Positions 11,253 to 22,216 of a stretch of DNA of 64,000 bases are shown one piece after another (the stretch's first letter is position 1; each line of letters opens with the position of its first letter). The DNA comes from Sphingobium sp. (GTDB taxonomy: Bacteria > Pseudomonadota > Alphaproteobacteria > Sphingomonadales > Sphingomonadaceae). Under the pieces are notes generated by a model that was not told where the DNA came from, made no database searches, and saw only the letters and a program-made list of their open reading frames with translations. The stretch spans positions 25,810 to 89,809 of the forward strand of contig NZ_JBAQOK010000097.1 of NCBI RefSeq assembly GCF_049304695.1, in the 5' to 3' direction. A program made the position numbers and the translations under genes.

Positions 11253-12377
11253 ATGGGAGAGACGATTTTGAAACAGACCCTGCTGCTTGCCGCGCTGCTG
11301 TGTTCGGCGTGCGATGTGTCGGTGACGGACGCCAATAGCAGCCAGCCTGCCGGGCAGTCGACACAGCGGGGCCAGCCGGGGAGTGCGCCGCCTGCGGTGT
11401 CGCCCACGGTGTCGGACGATCCCTATGCCTTTGCCGTCGTTGCCGAACCGGGCGGGCGGCCGTTCCAGCCCAACTCCATCCTTCAGGCGCAGGTGGCGCT
11501 GGACCGGCATGGCTTTACGCCGGGGGTGCTGGATGGCCGCGAAGGCATGTCCTTCGAAGCGGCTCTGCGCGGGTTCCAACAGGCCAATGATTTGCCTGTG
11601 ACGGGTAAATATGACGAGAAAACATCAGCCGCCCTCATAAAGGGGGAGGCGCTTCCCACCACCTGGCTGGTGCGGATACCCGAAGGCTTCGCGCGCGGGC
11701 CGTTCTTTGCGATGCCCAAAGAGATGAGCGAGAAGGCGAAACTCCCTGCGCTGACTTATCGCAACCTGCTCGAAAAGGTGGCGGAGCGGTTTCATACCAC
11801 GCCCGAGGCGCTGATCGCGCTGAATACGCCCGATACGAAGGTGGGCGCAGGGACGGTGATCCGCGTGCCCGCCATTCCCAACCAGCCGGTGGCGAAGATC
11901 GAGGGCGACGAGCGCGGATGGGGCGATACGCTGGCCAGCCTTGGCGTGGCGAAGGATCAGCCGCAGGCGGATCATCTGGTCGTGGACAAATCCGAAGGGC
12001 TGCTCAAGGTCTATGGCGCGGACGGCAAGCTGATCGCGCAATTCCCCGCGACCATGGGGTCGCAGCATGATCCGTTGCCGCTGGGCGAATGGACGATCAA
12101 GGGGGTGAGCCGTAATCCCGACTATCATTATAATCCATCATTGTTCTGGGACGCGGCGTCCACCGACAAGAAGGCGCTGCTGCGGCCCGGTCCCAACGGC
12201 CCGGTTGGCGTGGTGTGGATCGATCTGTCCAAGGATCATTATGGTATTCATGGGACGCCCGAACCGCAGACGATCGGCCGGACCGAAAGCCATGGCTGCA
12301 TCCGCCTGACCAACTGGGACGCGGCAAGGCTGGCGCAGATGGTCAAGGGCGGGATCAAGGCGAAATTCCAGGAATGA
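11253..12377 (+). CDS. L,D-transpeptidase lipoprotein with peptidoglycan-binding repeats
   Basis: Lipobox LLAALLCSAC. PG-binding-like segments (LDRHGFTPGVLDGREG, LRGFQQANDLPVTGKYD). YkuD catalytic motif HGIHGTPEPQTIGRTESHGCIRL. Start is either the ATG at 11253 or the TTG at 11268 behind GGGAGAG. The track ORF start at 10959 lies inside glcB. Confidence 0.88.
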   Translation: MGETILKQTLLLAALLCSACDVSVTDANSSQPAGQSTQRGQPGSAPPAVSPTVSDDPYAFAVVAEPGGRPFQPNSILQAQVALDRHGFTPGVLDGREGMSFEAALRGFQQANDLPVTGKYDEKTSAALIKGEALPTTWLVRIPEGFARGPFFAMPKEMSEKAKLPALTYRNLLEKVAERFHTTPEALIALNTPDTKVGAGTVIRVPAIPNQPVAKIEGDERGWGDTLASLGVAKDQPQADHLVVDKSEGLLKVYGADGKLIAQFPATMGSQHDPLPLGEWTIKGVSRNPDYHYNPSLFWDAASTDKKALLRPGPNGPVGVVWIDLSKDHYGIHGTPEPQTIGRTESHGCIRLTNWDAARLAQMVKGGIKAKFQE

Positions 12378-12384
12378 GGACGGC

Positions 12385-12957
12385 ATGAGGCTGTCGGGCC
12401 GGGCATGGGGCGGCATCGCTCTGGCATTGGTGGGATGCGTGGCGTTCGCGCATTTCTGCGTGCGCATCGTGCCGGCTGGTGCGCCAGTGACGGCGGATGC
12501 GCCGCACGTTGCGTTCGATAGCGGCCCGATGACCATTCCCGTCGAGGGCGTGCCGCCTTCTGCGCTGACTGACACCTTCATGCAGGCGCGGGCGAGCGGC
12601 GCGCGGGCGCACGATGCGATCGACATCATGGCGGCGCGGGGCAGGGCGGTGCTGGCGGCGCGCGACGGCAGGATCGAGAAACTGTTCTGGAGCCACGATG
12701 GCGGGCGGACCATTTACGAACGGTCGTCGGACGGGCGGGCGATTTTCTATTATGCGCATCTCGACGCTTATGCGCCTGGATTGCATGAAGGGCAGGCCGT
12801 GCGGCGGGGCCAGCGGATCGGCAGCGTTGGCAGTACCGGCAATGCCGATCCCATTGCACCCCACCTGCATTTCGCGATCCACGCGATGCGGCCGGGCGAA
12901 CCATGGCATGGCGGGCGGGCGATCAATCCCTATCCGTTGCTGGCGGAGGGACGGTAA
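12385..12957 (+). CDS. M23-family metallopeptidase
   Basis: Signal/anchor peptide. Motifs HDAIDI and GSTGNADPIAPHLHFAIH (LytM/M23 zinc ligands). Confidence 0.88.
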   Translation: MRLSGRAWGGIALALVGCVAFAHFCVRIVPAGAPVTADAPHVAFDSGPMTIPVEGVPPSALTDTFMQARASGARAHDAIDIMAARGRAVLAARDGRIEKLFWSHDGGRTIYERSSDGRAIFYYAHLDAYAPGLHEGQAVRRGQRIGSVGSTGNADPIAPHLHFAIHAMRPGEPWHGGRAINPYPLLAEGR

Positions 12958-13061
12958 GCCGCCCCCTTGCCCTCATCCCCCTATGGATGTAGAGGCGCTG
13001 CCAGCCTTTTGCACAAGAAGGCGCGGCTCTTTTCACCTTAAGCATACAGGCAGGCCTTCCC

Positions 13062-13625
13062 ATGAAGATCAGCGGCGTGGACATTCGTCCCGGCAACAAT
13101 ATCGAATATGAAGGCGGCCTGTGGCGCGCTGTCAAAATTCAGCACACCCAGCCCGGCAAGGGCGGCGCCTATATGCAGGTGGAACTGAAAAACCTGATCG
13201 ACGGGCGAAAGAACAACGTCCGTTTCCGCTCCGCCGAAAGCGTCGAGCGCATCCGGCTGGACACCAAGGATTTCCAGTATCTGTATGCCGAAGGCGACAT
13301 GCTGGTGTTCATGGACAATGAAAATTACGAGCAGATCAACCTGCCGTCCGAATTGCTGGGCGATGCCGCCGATTTCCTGCAGGACGGTATGGAAGTGACT
13401 CTGGAAATGTACGAGGAACGCCCGATTTCGGTGCAGTTGCCCGACACGATCGAAGCGACGGTGGTCGAGGCCGACGCCGTGGTGAAGGGGCAGACCGCCT
13501 CGGCCAGCTACAAGCCCGCGATTCTGGACAATGGCGTGCGGGTCATGGTGCCGCCGCATATCGTCAGCGGCACGCGGATCGTCGTGGACGTATATGCCCG
13601 CGAATATGTGAAGCGCGCAGAGTGA
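13062..13625 (+). CDS. efp: elongation factor P
   Basis: 187 aa. [45 protein letters not shown], including the conserved KPGKG-type loop. Confidence 0.97.
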   Translation: MKISGVDIRPGNNIEYEGGLWRAVKIQHTQPGKGGAYMQVELKNLIDGRKNNVRFRSAESVERIRLDTKDFQYLYAEGDMLVFMDNENYEQINLPSELLGDAADFLQDGMEVTLEMYEERPISVQLPDTIEATVVEADAVVKGQTASASYKPAILDNGVRVMVPPHIVSGTRIVVDVYAREYVKRAE

Positions 13626-14002
13626 TGCGGTTCGCGCGCAGCAAGGCGCTGGTCGCCATCCTGGCCGTCGGCATGACGCCGGTCGCGGCCCATGCACAGG
13701 CAGCGGCCAAGGGTGCGGCGAAAGCTGCGCCGTCCAAGGCGCAGATCGCCGATGCGGCGGGCGTGCTGCGCGTCATCACCAGCGCATTGCAATCGGACTC
13801 GGTCGAACAGCCAGTGAAGAACGCGCTGTTCGAATGCATGTACGCCAATCCGGTATCGAAGATCAGCGAAGCGACCGACAAGGTGATCGCCGCCAATCCG
13901 GGCAAGATCGACCGGAAGGATGCGTCGCAGATGCTGGTCGTGATCGCGGGCGTATGCGGCTTTCGGCCTGCTGCGCCGACCGCGCCCGCCCCGAAGAAAT
14001 AA
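13625..14002 (+). CDS. small secreted protein, function unknown
   Basis: Signal peptide [24 protein letters not shown]. The ATG shares a base with the efp TGA (TGATG). Confidence 0.6.
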   Translation: MRFARSKALVAILAVGMTPVAAHAQAAAKGAAKAAPSKAQIADAAGVLRVITSALQSDSVEQPVKNALFECMYANPVSKISEATDKVIAANPGKIDRKDASQMLVVIAGVCGFRPAAPTAPAPKK

Positions 14003-14039
14003 TCAACAGGCCGTCCACCGGGGCGGCGGAGTAAGACCC

Positions 14040-14855
14040 ATGGTATCTCATTCTGGCCTACTTACCGTCATGGAGCGCGCCGCGCGCAAGGCGGGTGGCA
14101 AGCTGCGCCGCGATTTCGGCGAGGTCGAGCATTTGCAGGTGTCCCGCAAGGGTCCGGCTGATTTCGTGTCCAAGGCCGACCATCAGGCCGAAAAGACACT
14201 GGTCGAGGAATTGCAGCGGGCGCGACCCGACTGGGGTTTCCTGTTGGAAGAAGGCGGTGTGATCGAGGGCGATCCGACCAAGCCGCGCTGGATCATCGAT
14301 CCGCTCGATGGCACCACCAACTTCCTGCACGGCATCCCGCATTTCGCCATTTCCATCGCGGTGGAGGAGCCGCAATATGGCAGCGGCAAGCGCGAGATTA
14401 CGACGGGCCTGATCTATCAGCCGTTCACCGACGAAAGCTATTGGGCGGAAAAGAACCGGGGGGCGTGGCGACACGATCAGCGGCTGCGTGTGTCGGCGCG
14501 GCGTGACATGGCCGATTGCGTGATCGCGACGGGCATTCCTTTCATGGGTCATGGCGACATTGCGGAGTGGACGCGGATCTTTGGCGCGGTTGCGCCATCA
14601 GTTGCGGGTATCCGCCGTTTTGGTGCTGCCTCGCTCGATCTCGCACATGTGGCATCGGGTCGATATGACGGCTATTGGGAAAGCGGGCTTCAGCCATGGG
14701 ATGTGGCTGCCGGCTTGTTGCTGGTGCGTGAAGCGGGCGGTTTCGTCAGCGATTTCCGGGGCGGCGACAATGTGATCGAACGCAAGGAAGTGGTGGCGGG
14801 CAACGACGCCATTCACAGCAAGTTGCACAAGCTTGTTGCCAGCGCATTGCGCTAA
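14040..14855 (+). CDS. suhB: inositol monophosphatase family protein (SuhB-like)
   Basis: 271 aa. Motifs EEGG, WIIDPLDGTTNFLHG and WDVAAG. Confidence 0.9.
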   Translation: MVSHSGLLTVMERAARKAGGKLRRDFGEVEHLQVSRKGPADFVSKADHQAEKTLVEELQRARPDWGFLLEEGGVIEGDPTKPRWIIDPLDGTTNFLHGIPHFAISIAVEEPQYGSGKREITTGLIYQPFTDESYWAEKNRGAWRHDQRLRVSARRDMADCVIATGIPFMGHGDIAEWTRIFGAVAPSVAGIRRFGAASLDLAHVASGRYDGYWESGLQPWDVAAGLLLVREAGGFVSDFRGGDNVIERKEVVAGNDAIHSKLHKLVASALR

Positions 14856-14984
14856 CGTCTCAAAGGGCCAAGCGCTTCAGGCACCTAACCTTTTTGCGAT
14901 TCATTCTCACCGGCTTGGCCCCTTGCTTCGCATATGCAGCAGGACTAAAGCGCCCCCAACAACCTTTTCGCCCAGGGGAATCCG

Positions 14985-15359
14985 TTGGTCGATCTTGCCC
15001 AATATCTGCCGATCCTGCTCTTTTTAGGGATTGCCTTGCTGCTGTCCGGGACATTCGTGTTCCTGCCAATGCTGGTGGGGCGCCTGACGGGCGCACATGC
15101 GCCAGACCCGGCGAAGCTGTCCGAATATGAATGCGGCTTTCCCGCGTTCGAGGAGCCGCGCAGCCAGTTTGACGTGCGCTTCTATCTGGTCGCCATTCTC
15201 TTCATCATCTTCGATCTTGAAGCGGCGTTCCTGTTTCCCTGGGCGGTAAGCCTCGACCAGATCGGCTGGGCCGGCTGGGCGACGATGATGATCTTCATAG
15301 CGGAGCTTGTGCTTGGCCTCGTCTATGCGTGGAAGAAGGGAGCGCTCGATTGGGAGTAG
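14985..15359 (+). CDS. nuoA: NADH-quinone oxidoreductase subunit A
   Basis: 124 aa with 3 TM segments and YECGF. TTG start behind AGGGGAA. Confidence 0.93.
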   Translation: MVDLAQYLPILLFLGIALLLSGTFVFLPMLVGRLTGAHAPDPAKLSEYECGFPAFEEPRSQFDVRFYLVAILFIIFDLEAAFLFPWAVSLDQIGWAGWATMMIFIAELVLGLVYAWKKGALDWE

Positions 15360-15904
15360 AACTCTATAATCCGGCCCCCGGCACATTGCCGCCCGTCGGC
15401 ACCCAGCCTGATCAGGACTTCTTCAATGCGCTGAACAGCGAAGTCAGCGACAAGGGCTTTCTGGTCACGTCGACCGAAGACCTGTTCACTTGGGCGCGGA
15501 CCGGATCGCTGTGGTGGATGACGTTTGGCCTCGCCTGCTGCGCGGTCGAGATGATCCACGTCAACATGCCGCGTTACGACATGGAGCGTTTCGGCGCTGC
15601 GCCACGCGCGTCCCCGCGTCAGTCCGACGTCATGATCGTTGCCGGTACGCTGTGCAACAAGATGGCCCCCGCGTTGCGCAAGGTTTACGACCAGATGTCC
15701 AATCCGAAATATGTGATTTCGATGGGCAGTTGTGCCAATGGCGGCGGCTATTATCACTATAGCTATTCCGTGGTGCGCGGTTGCGACCGGATCGTGCCGG
15801 TGGACATTTATGTACCGGGTTGCCCGCCCACTGCCGAAGCGCTGCTCTACGGCGTGATGCAGTTGCAGCGGAAAATCCGCCGGATCGGGACGATAGAGCG
15901 TTAA
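15350..15904 (+). CDS. nuoB: NADH-quinone oxidoreductase subunit B
   Basis: GLACCAVEM and CPPTAEAL Fe-S ligand motifs. A TTG at 15350 behind GAAGAAGGGAG is the likely start; GTG at 15329 is the alternative. Confidence 0.93.
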   Translation: MGVELYNPAPGTLPPVGTQPDQDFFNALNSEVSDKGFLVTSTEDLFTWARTGSLWWMTFGLACCAVEMIHVNMPRYDMERFGAAPRASPRQSDVMIVAGTLCNKMAPALRKVYDQMSNPKYVISMGSCANGGGYYHYSYSVVRGCDRIVPVDIYVPGCPPTAEALLYGVMQLQRKIRRIGTIER

Positions 15905-15905
15905 T

Positions 15906-16715
15906 ATGGGCCATTCCGCACCCAGAATCGCGACCATCGACGGAATCGCGAAGCAGATCGAAGGAATCCTTGGTTCGATGCTGATCGAGACTGTCGACCA
16001 TGCCGACGAACTGACTTTCGTCGTGCAGCGCGACAGCATTGCGCAGGCGCTGACGGCCTTGCGTGATGAAGCGCAATATCAGCAGTTGATGGAAATCGCG
16101 GGCGTCGATTATCCCGATCGCCCTGAGCGGTTCGAGGTGGTCTATCATCTGTTGTCCGTCACGCGGAACCATCGCGTGCGCGTGAAGCTGTCTACCGACG
16201 AAGATACGGCGGTGCCGACCGTCACGCACATCTGGCCGGTCGCTGGCTGGCTGGAACGCGAAGTGTTCGACATGTATGGCGTCGTGTTCGACGGCAATAC
16301 CGACCTGCGCCGCATCCTGACCGACTATGGTTTTCGCGGGCATCCGCAGCGCAAGGACTTTCCGCTGACCGGCTATGTCGAACTGCGCTATTCCGAAGAG
16401 GATAAGCGCGTCGTCTATGAGCCAGTGAAGCTGGCGCAGGATTTCCGCAGCTTCGATTTCATGTCGCCATGGGAAGGTGCGGAATATATCCTGCCCGGCG
16501 ACGAGAAGGCGAAGGGTGAAGCGCCCGGCGCGCCGACGCCCGCGCCTGCTACCCCGGCCCCGTCCACACCCAAGACGACCGAGAAGAAGGCCGACACCGG
16601 CGCTGGTGAAGCGGCGAATAAGGCGGCGGAAACCAAGTCCGCCGATGCGCCCGCCAAGCCTGCCGCCGCGACCGACGAAGGCAAGGGCGCCGCCAAGCCG
16701 GAGGACAAGGCATAA
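15906..16715 (+). CDS. nuoC: NADH-quinone oxidoreductase subunit C with a low-complexity C-terminal tail
   Basis: 269 aa. Core has [11 protein letters not shown] and [15 protein letters not shown]. The last ~70 aa are Ala/Pro/Lys-rich. Confidence 0.95.
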   Translation: MGHSAPRIATIDGIAKQIEGILGSMLIETVDHADELTFVVQRDSIAQALTALRDEAQYQQLMEIAGVDYPDRPERFEVVYHLLSVTRNHRVRVKLSTDEDTAVPTVTHIWPVAGWLEREVFDMYGVVFDGNTDLRRILTDYGFRGHPQRKDFPLTGYVELRYSEEDKRVVYEPVKLAQDFRSFDFMSPWEGAEYILPGDEKAKGEAPGAPTPAPATPAPSTPKTTEKKADTGAGEAANKAAETKSADAPAKPAAATDEGKGAAKPEDKA

Positions 16716-17950
16716 TGTCCGATTATCTCGAAAAGCTGGATCATCATACCGACGCCGCCGACCCGACCTATGGCGACACGGAAATCCAGAATTATACGAT
16801 CAACTTCGGTCCCCAGCATCCTGCGGCGCATGGCGTGTTGCGCCTCGTCATGGAGCTGGAGGGCGAAATCGTCGAGCGGTGCGATCCGCATGTCGGCCTG
16901 CTCCATCGCGGCACCGAAAAGCTGATCGAATATAAGACCTATTTGCAGGCGCTGCCCTATTTCGACCGGCTCGACTATTGCTCGCCACTGGGCATGGAGC
17001 ACAGCTATGTGCTGGCGATCGAAAAGCTGCTGAATCTGGAAGTGCCGCTGCGCGCGCAATATCTGCGCGTGTTTTTCGCGGAACTGACCCGCATCTGCAA
17101 TCATATGCTCAACCTTGGCAGCCATGTGATGGACGTCGGCGCAATGACGCCGAACCTGTGGATGTTCGAAATTCGCGAGGATTGCCTGAACTTCTTCGAG
17201 CGGGCTTCGGGCGCGCGTATGCACAGCGCCTATTTCCGTCCCGGCGGCGTACATCAGGATGTGCCGCTCAAGCTGCTGACCGACATCGCCGACTGGCTCG
17301 ACACGCGCCTGCCGCGCCTGTTCGAGGATGCGATTTCTCTGGTCGCCGACAACCGCATCTTCAAGCAGCGCAATGTCGATATTGCCGTCGTGTCGAAGGA
17401 AGACGCGCTGAAATGGGGCTTTTCGGGTCCGATGATCCGGGGCAGCGGGATCCCGTGGGATATCCGCAAGTCGCAGCCTTATGACGTGTATGACCGGATG
17501 GACTTCGATGTTCCGGTCGGCACGAATTTCGATTGCTATGACCGGTTCATGGTGCGCGTGGAGGAAGTCCGCCAGTCCGCGCGGATCATGAAACAGTGCC
17601 TCAACGAAATGCCCGACGGCCCGATCGCCAGCTTCGATCGCAAGGTCGTGCCGCCCAAGCGCGGCGAAATGAAGCGGTCGATGGAAGCGTTGATCCACCA
17701 TTTCAAACTCTACACCGAAGGCTTCCATGTGCCTGCGGGCGAAGTCTATGTCGCGACCGAAAGCCCCAAGGGCGAGTTCGGCGTCTATCTGGTCAGCGAC
17801 GGGTCGAACAAACCCTATCGTTGCAAAATCCGCCCGACGGCGTTCAGCCATTTGCAGGCGATGGATTTCATGATGAAGGGGCATATGCTGGCCGACACCA
17901 CCGCCGTATTGGGTGCCATGGACATCGTGTTCGGGGAGTGTGATCGCTAA
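16715..17950 (+). CDS. nuoD: NADH-quinone oxidoreductase subunit D
   Basis: 411 aa. [19 protein letters not shown] overlap with nuoC. Confidence 0.97.
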   Translation: MSDYLEKLDHHTDAADPTYGDTEIQNYTINFGPQHPAAHGVLRLVMELEGEIVERCDPHVGLLHRGTEKLIEYKTYLQALPYFDRLDYCSPLGMEHSYVLAIEKLLNLEVPLRAQYLRVFFAELTRICNHMLNLGSHVMDVGAMTPNLWMFEIREDCLNFFERASGARMHSAYFRPGGVHQDVPLKLLTDIADWLDTRLPRLFEDAISLVADNRIFKQRNVDIAVVSKEDALKWGFSGPMIRGSGIPWDIRKSQPYDVYDRMDFDVPVGTNFDCYDRFMVRVEEVRQSARIMKQCLNEMPDGPIASFDRKVVPPKRGEMKRSMEALIHHFKLYTEGFHVPAGEVYVATESPKGEFGVYLVSDGSNKPYRCKIRPTAFSHLQAMDFMMKGHMLADTTAVLGAMDIVFGECDR

Positions 17951-18618
17951 TGGCTGATGCAGTGCATATCCCTGATGAGGTTGAGACCCGCGCCCGCTGG
18001 GGCAATTTCGAGTGGACGGCGGAAAATGCGGAGCAGGCGAAGGTCGTCATTGCGCGCTATCCCGCCGGTCGCCAGCAGTCCGCGGTCATGCCGCTGCTCG
18101 ATCTTGCCCAGCGGCAGGTGGGGGCGGAGACGCAGACGCAAGGCTGGCTGCCGGTGCCGGTGATGGAATATATCGGGCGTCAGCTCGATATGCCCTATAT
18201 GCGCGTCTATGAGGTCGCGACCTTCTACACCATGTACAACCTCGCGCCGGTGGGCCGTTACCATGTGCAGGTGTGCGGGACGACGCCGTGCATGCTGCGT
18301 GGCTCCGACGATGTATTCGCGGCGTGCAAGAACAAGGGTCTGGTCAAGGGCGCGACGACGCCCGACGGCCTGTTCACGCTGACCGAAGTCGAGTGTCTGG
18401 GCGCATGTGCCAACGCGCCAATGGTGCAGGTCAATGACGATAATTATGAAGATCTGACCTATGACAGCATGAGCGCGATCCTTGAGACGCTGGCCGCCGG
18501 TGGCCAGCCCAAGATCGGCCCGCAGATCGACCGTCAGACGAGTGCGCCCGAAGGCGGACCAACGACGCTGAAAGAGATGGTCAGCGAGAATCATGACTAT
18601 CGGGGGGAGTGGGCGTGA
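17950..18618 (+). CDS. nuoE: NADH-quinone oxidoreductase subunit E
   Basis: 222 aa. 2Fe-2S Cys pattern (VCGTTPCMLRG ... ECLGACANAP). TAATG overlap with nuoD. Confidence 0.96.
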   Translation: MADAVHIPDEVETRARWGNFEWTAENAEQAKVVIARYPAGRQQSAVMPLLDLAQRQVGAETQTQGWLPVPVMEYIGRQLDMPYMRVYEVATFYTMYNLAPVGRYHVQVCGTTPCMLRGSDDVFAACKNKGLVKGATTPDGLFTLTEVECLGACANAPMVQVNDDNYEDLTYDSMSAILETLAAGGQPKIGPQIDRQTSAPEGGPTTLKEMVSENHDYRGEWA

Positions 18619-18764
18619 GCGCCCTCATCGCCCTCATCCTTGGCATCATCGTGTTCGTGGTCGCGCTCAAGATCATCGGCGCGGTGCTGGGTCTGGTCAT
18701 CGGGCTGGCGTTGGCTCTGCTTGCCTATTTCGTGGCTGAAAAACTGATCGGAAAGGGCCGGTAA
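18615..18764 (+). CDS. 49-aa two-helix membrane peptide embedded in the nuo operon
   Basis: Below the track's size cut-off. The GTG at 18615 overlaps the nuoE TGA (GTGA) and its TAA overlaps the nuoF ATG (TAATG). Translation: [49 protein letters not shown]. Third codon positions are GC-rich. Confidence 0.6.
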   Translation: MSALIALILGIIVFVVALKIIGAVLGLVIGLALALLAYFVAEKLIGKGR

Positions 18765-20107
18765 TGGCCGACGACACCGCACCTCCCGCGCCTGCGCCTT
18801 TTGTCGGGCCGTTGTCCGACAAGGACCGCATCTTCACGAACGTTCATGGTTTTCAGGATTGGGGCGTGGACGCCGCGATCATGCGTGGCGACTGGGACAA
18901 TACGAAGGATCTTCTGGCGCTGGGCCAGGACGCGATCATCGACATCATGAAGGCGTCGAACCTGCGCGGCCGTGGCGGCGCGGGCTTCCCGACCGGGATG
19001 AAGTGGAGCTTCATGCCCAAGGAAAGCAAGGATGGCCGTCCGAGCTTTCTGGTGATCAACGCCGACGAATCCGAGCCGGGGTCGTGCAAGGACCGGGAGA
19101 TCATCCGCCACGATCCGCACAAGCTGATCGAAGGTGCGCTGGTCGCTGGTTTTGCGATGCGGGCGCGGGCGGCCTATATCTACATTCGTGGCGAGTTCAT
19201 CTACGAAGCCAAAGTGCTGTTCGCAGCGGTCGAGCAGGCTTATGCCAAGGGCTTTATCGGCAAGAATGCCTGTGGGTCGGGCTATGATTTCGATGTGTTC
19301 GTCCATCGCGGCGCGGGCGCGTACATCTGCGGCGAGGAAACCGCACAGATCGAAAGCCTGGAAGGCAAGAAGGGCCAGCCACGTCTGAAGCCGCCTTTCC
19401 CGGCGGGTGCGGGTCTCTATGGTTGCCCGACCACGGTCAACAATGTCGAGAGCATCGCAGTGTCGCCGACGATCCTGCGGCGCGGCGCGGCGTGGTTCAA
19501 CGGTTTCGGGCGAGAGAATAATCGCGGCACCAAGCTGTTCCAGATCAGCGGTCATGTGAACAAGCCATGCGTGGTCGAAGAAAGCATGTCGATCCCGTTC
19601 CGCGAACTGATCGATCGCCATTGCGGCGGCATTCGCGGAGGCTGGGACAATCTGCTGGCGGTCATCCCCGGCGGGTCGTCGGTGCCGCTGGTCCCTGCGC
19701 GCGAAATCATGGAAGCGCCGATGGACTTCGACGGGTTGAAAGCTGTCGGTTCGGGTCTTGGCACGGCTGCGGTCATCGTCATGGACAAGTCCACCGACAT
19801 CGTCCGCGCCATTTCGCGGCTTTCCTATTTCTACAAACATGAGTCATGCGGCCAATGCACGCCATGCCGTGAAGGCACGGGATGGATGTGGCGGGTGATG
19901 GAACGGCTGCGCACAGGCGACGCGGACCTGCGCGAGATCGACATGCTGCACGACGTGACCAAGCAGGTCGAAGGCCACACCATCTGCGCACTGGGCGACG
20001 CGGCGGCCTGGCCGATTCAGGGGCTGATCAAGCATTTCCGGCCAGAGATCGAGCGTCGGATCACAGAAAACAAGGGTAGCGCCCCAATCATGGAGGCGGC
20101 GGAGTAA
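18764..20107 (+). CDS. nuoF: NADH-quinone oxidoreductase subunit F
   Basis: 447 aa. [17 protein letters not shown] site and [12 protein letters not shown] 4Fe-4S motif. Confidence 0.97.
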   Translation: MADDTAPPAPAPFVGPLSDKDRIFTNVHGFQDWGVDAAIMRGDWDNTKDLLALGQDAIIDIMKASNLRGRGGAGFPTGMKWSFMPKESKDGRPSFLVINADESEPGSCKDREIIRHDPHKLIEGALVAGFAMRARAAYIYIRGEFIYEAKVLFAAVEQAYAKGFIGKNACGSGYDFDVFVHRGAGAYICGEETAQIESLEGKKGQPRLKPPFPAGAGLYGCPTTVNNVESIAVSPTILRRGAAWFNGFGRENNRGTKLFQISGHVNKPCVVEESMSIPFRELIDRHCGGIRGGWDNLLAVIPGGSSVPLVPAREIMEAPMDFDGLKAVGSGLGTAAVIVMDKSTDIVRAISRLSYFYKHESCGQCTPCREGTGWMWRVMERLRTGDADLREIDMLHDVTKQVEGHTICALGDAAAWPIQGLIKHFRPEIERRITENKGSAPIMEAAE

Positions 20108-20109
20108 TC

Positions 20110-22140
20110 ATGCCCAAAGTCAAAGTCGATGGCGTAGAACTCGAAGTCCCTGCGGGCGCCACGGTCCTGCAGGCGTGCGAGATGGCGGGGAAGGAAATTC
20201 CGCGCTTCTGCTATCATGAGCGGCTGTCCATTGCGGGCAATTGCCGCATGTGTCTGGTCGAAGTGAAGCCCGGACCGCCCAAGCCGCAGGCGTCGTGTGC
20301 GCTACCCGCAGCCGAAGGGCAGGACATCCGCACTGACAGCGCGATGGTCAAGAAGGCGCGTGAAGGGGTGATGGAGTTTCTGCTCATCAACCACCCGCTC
20401 GATTGTCCGATTTGCGATCAGGGTGGCGAATGCGATTTGCAGGACCAGTCGGTTGCCTATGGTCGCGGCGCGTCGCGCTATGACGAGCATAAGCGGGCTG
20501 TCACCGAAAAGAATATGGGGCCGATCGTCAAGACGGTCATGACCCGGTGCATTCAATGCACGCGCTGCGTGCGCTTTGCCGAGGAAGTCGCGGGCGTGCC
20601 GGAAATCGGCGCGATCTATCGCGGCGAAAATATGCAGATCACCACCTATCTCGAACATGCCGCCAAGAGCGAATTGTCGGGCAATGTGGTCGATCTTTGC
20701 CCGGTCGGCGCGCTGACAAGCAAGCCTTATGCGTTCGAAGCGCGTCCGTGGGAATTGAAGAAGACCCATGCGATCGACGTGATGGATGCGGTCGGCACCA
20801 ACATCCGGCTCGACAGCCGGGGCCGTCAGGTGCTGCGCGCGGTGCCGCGCATCAATGATGACGTGAACGAGGAGTGGGCGTCAGACAAGACCCGGCACAA
20901 TGTCGATGGTCTGGTGCGCAAGCGGCTCGACAAGCCCTATGTGAGGCTGGATGGCAAGCTGGTTCCGGCGACCTGGAACGATGCATTTGCGGCAATAGCA
21001 GCCGTTCGGCATGGCGGCAGTGTCGCGGGCGTAGCGGGTGATCTGCTCGATTGCGAGACGATGTTTGCAGGGCGCGCGCTGGTTGAGAAGCTGGGTGGCA
21101 CGATGCTGGAAGGCCGTCAGACCGGCCTTGCCTATGACGTGTCGAGCCTGTCGTCGGTGGTGTTCAACACACCGCTGGCGGATCTGGAAACGGCGGATGT
21201 CATCCTGCTGGTCGGCACCAATTTGCGCTGGGAAGCGCCGCTGGTGAACACGCGGTTGCGCAAGGCGATCAAGAAGGGCGCGAAGGTCTTTGGCATCGGG
21301 CCGGAGTTCGACCTGACGTACAAGGTCGAGTGGCTGGGCAACGATGCCGGGTTACTGGCTAAACTGCCGGAAGCGGTTGTCGAGATGTTCGGCAAGGCCG
21401 CGCGGCCAGCGATGATCGTGGGCGGCGGCGTGCTGGCCAAGGATGGTGCGCATGGCGACACGCTGGCGCTGGTCGAGACGCTGGGCCTCATCAAGGATGC
21501 CACTTCGACAGGCTCGGGACAGGGCTGGAACGGCTATAACGTCGTACACTTCGCGGCGGCGCGGATGGGCGGCCTGATGCTCGGCTATGCGACGCAGGGC
21601 GGGATCAAGGCGGTGGCTGCGGCCAAGCCCAAGCTGCTCTTCTCGCTGGGCGCGGACGAGGTGGATTATTCGGCGTTCGAAGACAGTTTCAAAGTCTATA
21701 TCGGCCACCATGGCGACAAGGGTGCGCACGCGGCAGACGTGATCCTGCCGGGCGCGAGCTATGCCGAAAAGGCTGGCACCTATGTCAATCTGGAAGGCCG
21801 CGTGCAGCGTGGTGAAAAGGCCGTGTTCGCGCCGGGCGACGCCCGCGAGGACTGGTCGATCCTGCGTGCGCTGTCCGATGTTATGGGCGCGAAACTGCCG
21901 TTCGATACGTTCGATGCGCTGCGTGCTCAGATGGTGCAGGCCGTACCTGCGCTGGGCGTCGAAGGGCTTGTTCGTTATGGCTGGTCCTTGCCATCGCTGC
22001 CGACCGGCGCAAGCGGTGAACTGGGTTCGCCGATCAAGGATTTCTACCTGACCAACGCCATCTGCCGCGCTAGTCCGACGATGCAGCAATGTTCGGCCGA
22101 ACTGGTCCATGGGGTTGAATTTGCGGAGGCGGCGGAATGA
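20110..22140 (+). CDS. nuoG: NADH-quinone oxidoreductase subunit G
   Basis: 676 aa. N-terminal 2Fe-2S/4Fe-4S Cys clusters (CYHERLSIAGNCRMCLVEV, HPLDCPICDQGGECDLQD, CIQCTRCVRF). Confidence 0.97.
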   Translation: MPKVKVDGVELEVPAGATVLQACEMAGKEIPRFCYHERLSIAGNCRMCLVEVKPGPPKPQASCALPAAEGQDIRTDSAMVKKAREGVMEFLLINHPLDCPICDQGGECDLQDQSVAYGRGASRYDEHKRAVTEKNMGPIVKTVMTRCIQCTRCVRFAEEVAGVPEIGAIYRGENMQITTYLEHAAKSELSGNVVDLCPVGALTSKPYAFEARPWELKKTHAIDVMDAVGTNIRLDSRGRQVLRAVPRINDDVNEEWASDKTRHNVDGLVRKRLDKPYVRLDGKLVPATWNDAFAAIAAVRHGGSVAGVAGDLLDCETMFAGRALVEKLGGTMLEGRQTGLAYDVSSLSSVVFNTPLADLETADVILLVGTNLRWEAPLVNTRLRKAIKKGAKVFGIGPEFDLTYKVEWLGNDAGLLAKLPEAVVEMFGKAARPAMIVGGGVLAKDGAHGDTLALVETLGLIKDATSTGSGQGWNGYNVVHFAAARMGGLMLGYATQGGIKAVAAAKPKLLFSLGADEVDYSAFEDSFKVYIGHHGDKGAHAADVILPGASYAEKAGTYVNLEGRVQRGEKAVFAPGDAREDWSILRALSDVMGAKLPFDTFDALRAQMVQAVPALGVEGLVRYGWSLPSLPTGASGELGSPIKDFYLTNAICRASPTMQQCSAELVHGVEFAEAAE

Positions 22141-22154
22141 TGCAGCGCATCCGT

Positions 22155-22216
22155 ATCCCCGCGCAGGCGGGAACCCAGTCCCGAAGTCTGAACTGGACTC
22201 CCGCCTTCGCGGGAGC
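22155..22216. repeat. REP-like imperfect palindrome (copy B) between nuoG and nuoH
   Basis: Arms atccccgcgcaggcggga (22155-22172) and tcccgccttcgcgggagc (22199-22216) are 14/18 complementary. The inner segment carries ccagt...actgg. About three-quarters identical to copy D at 50178. Confidence 0.75.
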
